From an uncultured Chloroflexia bacterium (GTDB taxonomy: Bacteria > Chloroflexota > Limnocylindria > Limnocylindrales > CSP1-4), in the NCBI GenBank assembly GCA_963768655.1, contig CAVYIM010000006.1, positions 64,001 through 128,000 on the forward strand: a stretch of DNA of 64,000 nucleotides, in the 5' to 3' direction. Made by a program: the position numbers and the translations under genes. Shown here one piece after another: positions 43,546-52,308 of this stretch. How positions within the stretch are numbered: position 1 is the stretch's first letter; each line of letters opens with the position of its first letter. A model generated the notes under the pieces. That model did no database searches, had not been told where the DNA came from, and saw only the letters and a list, made by a program, of their open reading frames with translations.

Positions 43546-44397
43546 CTAACCTCCCAGCAAACGCGGCTGCATCGGCACGGGGAACGGCCTGCTGAGCAGG
43601 TAGCCCTGCCCGAAGTCGACCTCTCGATCCTGCAGAGCCAGCAGGTCCTTGCGGTTCTCGATCCCCTCGGCGATGGTCTGGGCGCCGATTCGGCGGCTGA
43701 ACGAGACGAACGCCTCGACCAGGGCCTTCTTCGCCTCGGCGTCCTTGTTGCCGATGCCCTGGACGATCTCCTTGTCGATCTTGATGATCGAGGGCTCCAG
43801 CGCGGCGATGACGGTGAAGCTCGCGTAGCCGGCACCGGCGTTGTCGACGGCGAAACCGAAGCCCAGGTCACGAAGGGCGCGGACCTGCTTCTTCATGTGC
43901 GGGACATCGTGGATCGCCTGACGCTCGATGCACTCGATCACTATCTGATCCGGCGAGAGGCCGACTCCACGGACGCGCTCTGCCAGGGCGCTGGCCTCGA
44001 ACTGGGGCGCCAGGAGGCTCGCTGGCAGGACGTTGATGCCGAACCGCATTCGCTGTCCAGCCGAAGCCGGTTCCACGACCTGGGCAATCCGAGTCAGCGT
44101 GGCTTCGACGATGAAGGAGTCGAGATCCACCTCACGCTTGGCCGCGACGGCCGCCTCCACGACATCGGTGATGGACTGGGATCCCATGCCGTGGCTCAGG
44201 CGGAACAGGCACTCCCATTCATGCGCCTTCAGGGTCGCGAGGTCCACGATCGGCTGGAACTCCACGCGGTGCTCGTGCAAGGCGAAGAACTGCGAGAGCA
44301 AGTCGGAACCGGCCTCTTCTTGGGTCTCGCCTTGGCCGATGCGATCGCCCCCCGATGTCTGCTCCACCGCCCTGTGTGATGCCCTGAAGAAGCGCAC
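43546..44397 (-). CDS. Stand-alone EAL domain protein (cassette gene)
   Basis: FQPIVDL, ECLFR, IECIE, FAVDNAGAGYAS, IKID, IAEGIE and GQGYL. Confidence 0.9.
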   Translation of the reverse strand: MRFFRASHRAVEQTSGGDRIGQGETQEEAGSDLLSQFFALHEHRVEFQPIVDLATLKAHEWECLFRLSHGMGSQSITDVVEAAVAAKREVDLDSFIVEATLTRIAQVVEPASAGQRMRFGINVLPASLLAPQFEASALAERVRGVGLSPDQIVIECIERQAIHDVPHMKKQVRALRDLGFGFAVDNAGAGYASFTVIAALEPSIIKIDKEIVQGIGNKDAEAKKALVEAFVSFSRRIGAQTIAEGIENRKDLLALQDREVDFGQGYLLSRPFPVPMQPRLLGG

Positions 44398-44642
44398 GGT
44401 GCCTCCTCACCTACGACCCCCGCGGCGTGCACCCTCACCGGGAAGACGAGACCGGCCAATCTCAAGGGCCCGGAGGTCTCAGTTCGTGGCCGCCTCGTGC
44501 CGGTTCAGGCGTCTAGGGTACAAGATCGTCCGTGATGAGCCGACCCCGCCGGCACTGGAAGCGCCCAGTCTCGCCCCGGTCCGCTCCGCTGGTTGGCTAA
44601 GTCGTGACAGCTAGACCGGCTGCGTCGGGGGACTCCAAGCCA

Positions 44643-44682
44643 TGGGTGAAACCTAACACTGGCGCGTGCCGTGGTCGTCGTC
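44643..44682 (+). other. attR-type site A4
   Basis: TGGGTGAAACCTAACACTGGCGC-GT-GCCGTGGTCGTCGTC. Confidence 0.85.
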
Positions 44683-44837
44683 TCCATGGGCTCCAGCTCG
44701 GATGGAGGCGGCAAGGAGTAACGCAGTAGCCGCTGGGGTTCTGCCTCGCGTACGGCACGGGTGGGCGGGTGCCGCGCAAGGGCAGCAGACTATCCTCTAG
44801 AGTGGATCGGGTCAGGCGAAGCAACGGAGGAACAAGT

Positions 44838-45104
44838 GTGAGCGGCGACGCGGTGATCGCAGTCGTGGCCGGGGCCTTCTTCTTCGTCCTCCAGTCTCCC
44901 ATGAGGTGGCTCCGCAACGATCCGCACGCCTTTCGGAACTCGGCAGCGGCAGCTGCTGCATTTGCCACCGCGTGGTTCGTCGCGACCGACCTTCTGCCAG
45001 GCAGCAACGCGCGGATCGTCCTGATCCTGATCCTGATCATGGCCGCGGTGCTGGCCGCGACCAGTCGCTACTGGTTGCCCCGCGTTCGGCGACTACGGAG
45101 CTGA
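44838..45104 (+). CDS. Small three-TM membrane protein (cassette gene)
   Basis: GGAGG RBS, GTG start, three hydrophobic segments. Confidence 0.65.
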   Translation: MSGDAVIAVVAGAFFFVLQSPMRWLRNDPHAFRNSAAAAAAFATAWFVATDLLPGSNARIVLILILIMAAVLAATSRYWLPRVRRLRS

Positions 45105-45240
45105 GGCGGTCGTTCTCTCGCTGCCAGTCTGTCAGCCCTCACTCGCCCGCTGCCTCAGCACCCCCACCGAGACGAAACCCGTGGCAATCCCTCAGTCTGG
45201 CCACGTGGCAAGCCGAGCGGCTGCGCGGGGCCTGACGGCG

Positions 45241-45280
45241 TGCGTCTAGCCAAACACTGGCGCGTGCCGCACTCGTCGCC
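45241..45280 (+). other. attR-type site A5
   Basis: TGCGTCTAGCCAAACACTGGCGC-GT-GCCGCACTCGTCGCC. Confidence 0.8.
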
Positions 45281-45527
45281 CGCGATCCGGCGTGGTCCAG
45301 CAACTGCGTCGAGGCCTCGCGTTCAGCCGTTTGCAGGATGCGCGCGGGCACGGCGAGTGTCAGGTGGATGGCCGCATCGTTCGAGCGATGGAGCGTCGAG
45401 CCCGTTGAGGCGGCACCATTCGGCACTTTGAGGCTCGGCTTGGGTCCGGCACAGTACGGCCAGGATCCGACCTGGCGCGGCGACGTGCCGCTCGGACGGG
45501 GATGAAGCTTGCCAGAGGAGGCGTCCG

Positions 45528-47414
45528 GTGGCAGGTCAGGACATCGAGCCTACGTCGGCCTTCGAGACTCGTTGGACTGTCGTTCGCGTCGAGAGGGGGT
45601 TGCCCGGTGTCCGTGCGGGCGACACTCTATCGTTCGAGCGCTCGGACTCTGAGATCACCGTGCTGAAGGCCGGTGCAGGGGTAGTCACCCGGCTATCACC
45701 GCCTGCCTCATTCCAGGTGGCGAGGTCCGAGACTGACCCGGACCTCGGTGAATGGCAGGTCGTTCATGACGGCCAGCGACTTGCAGTTCTGAAGCCGCGC
45801 CCACGTCTCTCTGCACAGGTGCGAGGCCAGGCCCCCACCGGAGTGAGGAAGGATGCTGGCGCGCAGTGGGTTCGTGTGTGCCTGAACTGCCACTCGCTCA
45901 ACTACGCCTGGTCTACGTGGTGTTGGGGCTGCGGAGCTCCGTCCTCGTCGTTCGGACCCGCGTTTCAGGCTCGTGGGCACCCGACCCCACCCCCACCGGG
46001 AGCCTCCAAGACCGTCGCCCCGGGGTGGGATCTCCCGGCGAGTACGAAGCCGAACGCGCTGCGGGGGGCTGCGCGCCCCAACGAGCTGAGCACGGCCGCC
46101 GCTGCGCCTCTCTATGACCCCGAGCCCAGCCTGTTCGGTGTTGCTCCCCCCATTGTCACGCCTGCCAGCAGCGCAACGACCTGGGCCAAGTACCTCCGCG
46201 TGATCGTGGGCTTCGTGGTGCTGGCTGTTCTCGGGTTGTACCGGGTTGGGAGTAGCGCCCCTGAGCCCAGCTCCTTCCCCATAACCAGCCCCTTCCCCAT
46301 GAGCGCCATGTGGTCGTTTGGTGCCGACCATACCGCGACCCTGCTGTCCGACGGCCGCGTGCTCGTCGCCGGGGGATTGGACCAAGACGACAACACCCTC
46401 TACTCCGCCGATATCTACGACCCCGTGAGCGGCACATTCAGCCCGACCGGCTCGATGACCACGGCTCGGGACTACCACACTGCGACACTGCTGTCCGACG
46501 GTCGCGTGCTCATCACCGGGGGTTTGGACCAAGACGGCATCGCGCTCTCCACCGCCGATATCTACGACCCGACGAGCGGCACTTTCAGCCCGACCGGCTC
46601 CATGTCCACCGCGCGAACGTTCGACACCGCGACCCTGCTCCGCGATGGCCGCGTGCTCGTGGCCGGAGGTGAAGACCAGGACGGCAACCGTCTAGCCTCT
46701 GCCGAGATCTACGACCCCGTGAGCGGCACTTTCAGCCCGACCGGCTCGATGGCCACGGCTCTGGACGACCACACCGCGACGCTGCTCCGCGATGGCCGCG
46801 TGCTCATCGCCGGGGGTTTGGACCAAGACGGCGACGCGCTCTCCTCTGCCGAGATCTACGACCCGACGAGCGGCACTTTCAGCCTGACCGGCTCGATGAT
46901 CACGGCTCGGGACTGCCACACCGCGACCATGCTGTCCGACGGTCGCGTGCTCATTGCCGGAGGTTTCGACCAAGACCGCAACGCGCTCTCCTCTGCCGAG
47001 ATCTACGACCCGACGAGCGGCACTTTCAGCCCGACCGGCTCGATGGCCACGGCTCTGGACGACCACACCGCGACGCTGCTCCGCGATGGCCGCGTGCTCA
47101 TCGCCGGGGGTTTGGACCAAGACGGCGACGCGCTCTCCTCTGCCGAGATCTACGACCCGACGAGCGGCTTCTTCAGCCTGACCGGCTCGATGATCACGGC
47201 TCGGGACTGCCACGCCGCGACGCTGCTGTCCCACAGCATCGTGCTCATTACCGGGGGTTTGGACCAGGGCGGCAGCCCGCTCTCCTCTGCCGAGACCTAC
47301 GACCCGATTCCCGGCATGTTCAGCGCGACCGGCTCGATGACCTTCACTTACCACAGACACACTGCCACGGCGCTCTCCACGACTGCGTCAGGGGGCCCGT
47401 TGGGGCTGGGATGA
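45528..47414 (+). CDS. Zinc-ribbon, TM and Kelch-repeat protein (cassette gene)
   Basis: CLNC...CWGCG; one TM; seven HTATLLxDGRVLIAGG...AEIYDP repeats; the stop codon lies inside att site A6. Confidence 0.85.
   Translation: MAGQDIEPTSAFETRWTVVRVERGLPGVRAGDTLSFERSDSEITVLKAGAGVVTRLSPPASFQVARSETDPDLGEWQVVHDGQRLAVLKPRPRLSAQVRGQAPTGVRKDAGAQWVRVCLNCHSLNYAWSTWCWGCGAPSSSFGPAFQARGHPTPPPPGASKTVAPGWDLPASTKPNALRGAARPNELSTAAAAPLYDPEPSLFGVAPPIVTPASSATTWAKYLRVIVGFVVLAVLGLYRVGSSAPEPSSFPITSPFPMSAMWSFGADHTATLLSDGRVLVAGGLDQDDNTLYSADIYDPVSGTFSPTGSMTTARDYHTATLLSDGRVLITGGLDQDGIALSTADIYDPTSGTFSPTGSMSTARTFDTATLLRDGRVLVAGGEDQDGNRLASAEIYDPVSGTFSPTGSMATALDDHTATLLRDGRVLIAGGLDQDGDALSSAEIYDPTSGTFSLTGSMITARDCHTATMLSDGRVLIAGGFDQDRNALSSAEIYDPTSGTFSPTGSMATALDDHTATLLRDGRVLIAGGLDQDGDALSSAEIYDPTSGFFSLTGSMITARDCHAATLLSHSIVLITGGLDQGGSPLSSAETYDPIPGMFSATGSMTFTYHRHTATALSTTASGGPLGLG
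46329..47370 (+). repeat. Seven 150-bp intragenic Kelch repeats with high DNA identity
   Basis: 50-aa unit, with a near-exact 300-bp two-unit duplication. Confidence 0.85.
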
Positions 47415-47448
47415 ACCTAACACTGGCGCGTACCGCGGTCGTCGTCCC
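47407..47448 (+). other. attR-type site A6, the right end of the element
   Basis: TGGGATGAACCTAACACTGGCGC-GT-ACCGCGGTCGTCGTCCC, followed by continuous ssb sequence. Confidence 0.88.
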
Positions 47449-47534
47449 ACTGGCGAGTCTGCAGGCGACCCTCGATGGCGACCTGCTGACCCTTGCCCAG
47501 ATACTGGCCGCAGACCTGCGCCAGGCGGTCCCAG
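47424..47534 (-). pseudogene. ssb: Middle segment of the resident ssb, between sites A and B
   Basis: [36 protein letters not shown]. Confidence 0.9.
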
Positions 47535-48005
47535 GTGCCACGTTGTGGTACCCGCCCGGAGCGCTGGTGACAGAAAGACATATGCTCCGGCCGAGGCGCC
47601 AGCGCTAGACTCTGGTCAGAGAGCGGCCCCTCCCAAGGCTCGCTCCGCGACGAAAGGGGTTCGATCCGATGGCAGGTAAGTTCGTGCTGTCCAAGGCCAA
47701 GAACGGCAAGTTCCACTTCTCGCTCAAGGCTGGGAACGGCGATATCATCGCCACGTCCCAGATGTACGACAGCAAGGCCGGTGCCCTCAACGGCATCGAG
47801 TCTGTCAAGAAGAACGCGTCGGGGGCTACGGTCGACGATCAGAGCGACAAGCCTGCCGAGTAAGCCCCGAGGCCCCGACCGCAGCCAGTCACCATCCCGT
47901 AGTCCTCTCTCGCGTCCTGCAGGCCCTCGCTGTGTTCGGCGGGGGCCTCTCTTATCCCACCCACCCGAGTGTGGCGAAATACGACTAAGTGGCGCTTAGA
48001 CCCAG
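47530..48005. mobile_element. 471-bp non-autonomous mini-cassette inserted at ssb site B
   Basis: Flanked by a CCCAG direct repeat (47530-34 and 48001-05) with imperfect inverted arms; removal restores the ssb sequence exactly. Confidence 0.8.
47669..47863 (+). CDS. YegP/DUF1508 family protein
   Basis: [47 protein letters not shown]. Confidence 0.9.
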   Translation: MAGKFVLSKAKNGKFHFSLKAGNGDIIATSQMYDSKAGALNGIESVKKNASGATVDDQSDKPAE

Positions 48006-48154
48006 ACGACCACGTTGTGGTATTCCGCGCGCTCTTTGCCGTTGCCGCGGAACTCGTTGGTCGCCACAGCAAATGTGGCGACGGATGACCCGCTGGCCAG
48101 CGATCGCAGCTCCGGATCGCGGGTCAGTCGGCCGGTCAGAAGGACCTTGTTCAC
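48001..48154 (-). pseudogene. ssb: 5' segment of the resident ssb (codons 1-51)
   Basis: GTG start at 48154 after GAGAGGAG; [10 protein letters not shown]...YHNVVVW. Confidence 0.9.
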
Positions 48155-48360
48155 GGTCCTGGTCTCCTCTCGCGGCGCCGCTGTGTCGCGACGCCCTCTC
48201 TTGCGGCGGGTGAGAGAACGGCATCGAATGGGCATTCATCCCGGCTTACCGGCGGCTCATCCGAATGCGCTCTGGCCGCCTTTGACGCGATATGCTGGAC
48301 CCGGAACGGAGTTGCCCGGGAGCGATGACCGGACCGGGCCGAGGGAAGGAGAGGGTGTCG

Positions 48361-49987
48361 ATGTCGACTTCGCACCGGCTGGCGACGGGTCGTCGACCTG
48401 CCGTGCTGGGCCGCATCGGACGAGTTGGGGCCGCCGTCTTGCTGGGAACGGGTTTCGTGGCCTCGGCCTGGGCCGGGCCGCTGGCCGGGCCCCTCGCCGC
48501 GGCGCCGGTCGGGGGCCGGGTCGTGGCCTGGGGCTACGACCACTCCGACCAGACCGACGTCCCGGATTCCGCCCAGGCGGGCGTGATCATGGTCGCGGGG
48601 GGCTGCAACCACAGCCTCGCCCTCAAGTCGAACGGAAGCGTGATCGCCTGGGGTGACGACACGTACCACCAGACCGATGTCCCTGCGGCAGCCCAATCGG
48701 GAGTCATCGCCATCTCGGCCGGGTGCAACCACAGCCTGGCCCTGCGATCGAACGGCCAGATCGTGGCCTGGGGCGACAACTAGTACGGCCAGTTGAACGT
48801 GCCTTCTCTGCCCGCCGGTCGGAGGTGGATCGCGATCGGCGCCGGCGAGCGACATAGCACGGGCGTGGCCAACGGCGGTGTAGCCAACCAGGTCTATGCC
48901 TGGGGCGACGACACGTATCTCCAGACGGAAGCCCCGATCTCCGTATACAAAGGGCAGTCGATCACGCTCCCGAACAGCCATGACGTCGACGCGGGCGAGT
49001 ACGACAGCATCGCCCTGAACAAGAACGGAACCGTGGCGGTCTGGGGTGGCCCGCCCGCAAGCCTCGGAGCCGTCCCGGCAGGGCTCTCACACGTGATCGC
49101 CATCGCCATCGGCCGGGAACACGCTCTGGTGCTCGAGTCGAACGGCACGGTCGTGACCTGGGGCGAGAACGACTACTCCCAGCTGGACGTTCCGTCCGGC
49201 CTTTTGGGGGTCAAGGCGATCGCGGCGGGTGGCTATCACAGCCTGGCGCTGAAGTCGAACGGCCAGATCGTGGCCTGGGGTCGCGACGACTTCGGCCAGA
49301 CGGACGTGCCGGCTCTTCCACCCGGGTCGCGCTACTCGGCGATCGCCGCCGGGGCGCTCCACAGCCTGGCCATCGTCCCGCCGAAATCCGCCCGGCGCTC
49401 CGACGGGCGTGGCGGCCTCGGCCTGGGATGGCTCCGCCGCCGTCTCGTGGGCGGCTCCCGGGAGCGACGGGGGCGGCCCAATTTCGGGCTACACCGTCAC
49501 ATCGGCGCCGGGCGGCAAGACCTGCGCGACCACCGGCGCGTTGAGCTGCACTCTCGGCGGGCTCACCGACGGGACGTCGTACACGTTCACGGTCAGGGCC
49601 AGGAACGGGGCCGGGTTCGGAGCTACCTCGGCGAAATCGAACGCCGTGACGCCTATCGCTGGAACCACGCCGGAACCGAGCGCGAAGCCGACGCCGGCCG
49701 TCACGGCCGCACCGCCCGTCCCCACGCCCGTCCCTACCAGCAGCCCCTCGACCGGCCATCCCACCGCGAGCCCGACCGCCTCGCTCGCGGGCGCGGTCGC
49801 GGGCTCGAGATCGAGCGGAGGCGGCGGGTTGCTGTTGGTTCTAATGGCGGTGATCGCCGCGCTGGCCATCTGCCTGGCGGGCCTGGTCGGATACCAGATC
49901 GCCAGCATGAGGCGGGCGCCGGCGTTCGTCGGGGAACCGCCGGAGACTGACGAGACGGCGACGGACAGCGGTCGGCAGCCTTCGTGA
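48361..49987 (+). pseudogene. RCC1/BLIP-II repeat, FN3 and C-terminal TM protein, with an in-frame TAG (48781) and a frameshift (about 49385)
   Basis: Repeated AGxxHSLALKSNGxVVAWG units, then WAAPGSDGGGPISGYTV (FN3). The lesions may be sequencing errors. Confidence 0.7.
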
Positions 49988-50185
49988 GCTGCCGGCCCTG
50001 CGGCCCGGGACGGCCGCCGGGCGCACCGGCGGAGCGGCGCGAGCCCCCTGCGACCGCGGGCGCGCCGGCTCGGTGAACGAGCGGGAGGGTCCGACCGTCT
50101 GCCGCGAAATCGCGGCCCGGCTATGCTGCCGGAGGCGTCGCCGCGCAGCGACGCCTCTGCGTTCGGCTGCGGAGGAGGAATCTGG

Positions 50186-51283
50186 ATGATCGGGCACGGG
50201 GCGGTTCTTTCCAGGGTCATCAGGGCGGCTGTCGTCGGCGGGCTGGTGGCGTCAGTCGCGGCTTGCTCGTCGAGCGGCGGCACCACGCCGCCGACGACGC
50301 TACCGACGCCGGTGGGGAGCCAGACCGCGGCGCCGGTAGCGAGCCAGACCGCGACGCCGGTGGCGAGCTGCGCCTGCTCCACGCCCACCGCGGTCGCGCC
50401 GAGCGCAAGTGCGACCGCCAACCCGACGGCTGCGATTCGGAGCGGCACCGTCGTTGCCTGGGGCGACGACAGTCAGGGCCAGACGAAAGTCTCCGCGGGC
50501 CTCGCGGGCGTGGTGGCGATCGCGGCCGGTGACGAGTTCAGCCTGGCCTTGAAATCCGACGGCACCGTCGTTGCCTGGGGCGCGAACGACTCCGGCCAGG
50601 CCACTCCGCCGGCTGGACTGACGGGAGTGGTCGCGATTTCGGGCGGGAGCTCGCACGCTATCGCGCTGAAGTCCGACGGGACGGTCGTAGGTTGGGGCGA
50701 CAACTCCAGCGGCCAGGCCAAGCCTCCGGCCGGCCTCGCCTCGGTCGAGGCCATCTCGGCGGGCGGAGACCACAGCCTCGCCCTCAAGTCGGACGGAACC
50801 GTGGTCGCCTGGGGATCGGACGCGAACGGCGAAACCGATGTCCCAGCCGGCCTTCATGACGTCATCGCCATCTCGGCCGGTTACGACTACAGTCTGGCGC
50901 TGCTCAAGGGTGGGACCGTCGTCGCCTGGGGCGACAAGTATCCGACCGACTCGTCGATAAGCCTGGTCAAGGTGCCGAGCGGGCTCTCGGGCGTGACGGC
51001 CATCTCGGCCGGCTACTACCACAGCCTGGTTCTCAAGTCGGACGGAACCGTCACCGGCTGGGGCCAGGACGCGGACGGCGCGGTGACGGCCCCCAAGGGC
51101 CTCACGGGCGTCACGGCCGTGGCCGCCGGCGGCAACTTCAGCCTGGCGCTCAAGTCGGACGGGAGCGTTACAGGCTGGGGGTCGAACTCGGACGGCTGTC
51201 TGACGTTCCCGGCCACGCTCAAGAACGTCATTGCCATAGATGCCGGCGGAGCCTTTGCGCTGGCGATCGTTCAAACCTCGTGA
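50186..51283 (+). CDS. RCC1/BLIP-II repeat lipoprotein
   Basis: Lipobox VAAC; seven SLALKSDGTVVAWG-type repeats. Confidence 0.85.
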   Translation: MIGHGAVLSRVIRAAVVGGLVASVAACSSSGGTTPPTTLPTPVGSQTAAPVASQTATPVASCACSTPTAVAPSASATANPTAAIRSGTVVAWGDDSQGQTKVSAGLAGVVAIAAGDEFSLALKSDGTVVAWGANDSGQATPPAGLTGVVAISGGSSHAIALKSDGTVVGWGDNSSGQAKPPAGLASVEAISAGGDHSLALKSDGTVVAWGSDANGETDVPAGLHDVIAISAGYDYSLALLKGGTVVAWGDKYPTDSSISLVKVPSGLSGVTAISAGYYHSLVLKSDGTVTGWGQDADGAVTAPKGLTGVTAVAAGGNFSLALKSDGSVTGWGSNSDGCLTFPATLKNVIAIDAGGAFALAIVQTS

Positions 51284-51302
51284 CGACGGAAGAAGGGTGA
51301 CA

Positions 51303-52100
51303 ATGCGCCAGATCAAGGCCCGTCTCGCAAATCGCGCGCCGCTCGACCTGTCCACGCTCGATGAGCGGGCCCTGATGGGGTGCATCGACCACTCGCTGCT
51401 TCGACCGGAGCTGACCCGGGCCGAGGTCGAGGCCGGCGTCGACCTGGCGATCGAATGGGAGACGGCCACGGTCTGCTGCCGGCCGGCCGACCTGCCGCTG
51501 GTGGTGTCGCGGCTGCGGCGGACGGTCGTCGGCCCGACCACGGTGATCGGTTTCCCGCACGGCGCGCACATGCCCAACATCAAGGAGCGTGAGGCGCTCG
51601 TGGCGGTCGACCAGGGCGCCGTCGAGCTGGACGTGGTGATCAACATCGGAGCGCTCCGATCCGGCGATCTCGGGTACGTGCGTGACGAGCTGGCCGGCCT
51701 CGTCTACGCAGTGGCACCGACGCCGGTGAAGGTGATCCTCGAGACCGCGTATCTCACTCCCGATCAGGTCGAGGCCGGCTGTCGCGTGGCGATCGAGGCG
51801 CGCGCCGCGTTCGTCAAGAACGGGACGGGCTACTCGCCACGGGGCGCCGATGCCGGTGAGATCGCCCTCATGCGCCGCGTCGTCGGCGACCGCGTCGGAG
51901 TCAAGGCCGCGGGTGGCGTGCGGACGCTGGACGCGATGCTGCTGATGCTGGCCGCCGGCGCGTGCCGTGTCGGGGCCACCGCTACGGCCGCGATCGGAAC
52001 GGAGTGGCGCGCCCGCGGTCCTGAGGCGGTCAAGGCCATTCTCGCAGCCGGTCCCACCGCGAAGATTGCGGCTGGGCCGTCCGCGGGCGACGAGGAGTAG
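51303..52100 (+). CDS. deoC: Deoxyribose-phosphate aldolase
   Basis: IDHSLLRP, VIGFPHG, ELDVVIN, VKVILET and VKAAGGVR. Confidence 0.9.
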   Translation: MRQIKARLANRAPLDLSTLDERALMGCIDHSLLRPELTRAEVEAGVDLAIEWETATVCCRPADLPLVVSRLRRTVVGPTTVIGFPHGAHMPNIKEREALVAVDQGAVELDVVINIGALRSGDLGYVRDELAGLVYAVAPTPVKVILETAYLTPDQVEAGCRVAIEARAAFVKNGTGYSPRGADAGEIALMRRVVGDRVGVKAAGGVRTLDAMLLMLAAGACRVGATATAAIGTEWRARGPEAVKAILAAGPTAKIAAGPSAGDEE

Positions 52101-52308
52101 GAGTCGGGGCGACGACCCTGGACCCACGGGGCAGGTGCTCCGCCGGACTGTGCTCCTGAAGAAAGGTACTTTCGAGTGCGGGGAGGGAACCAAAGGACCT
52201 GCGGGGAGGGCACTCACATAGGCCCATGCGGCCAACTACACTGCAGCGGGCGTCCCGCCCAATAGAGTCGGGTTTCACTGTGCTCAAGCAGGGGTCGGGA
52301 GACGGCAA

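Larger units (their letters stand above)
29053..47431. mobile_element. 18.4-kb LSR integrative element inserted in ssb, with a cassette-like array in its right half
   Basis: LSR gene next to attL; joining 29053 to 47430 (or to 42254) restores the ssb reading frame. Confidence 0.88.

Noticed and set aside
29053-47431. Prophage or ICE
   Set aside because: I recognised no structural, terminase, relaxase or T4SS genes.
43452-47448. Integron attC sites (ACCTAAC fits RYYYAAC)
   Set aside because: No complementary GTTRRRY end or attC-like fold follows, no tyrosine integrase is present, and the symmetry fits LSR att sites better.
41458-47448. CRISPR array
   Set aside because: The repeats are 0.6-2.2 kb apart, enclose whole genes, and no cas genes are present.
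48781-48783. Recoded TAG (pyrrolysine or readthrough) in the RCC1 gene
   Set aside because: TAG serves as a normal stop throughout the window, and the same gene also has a frameshift.
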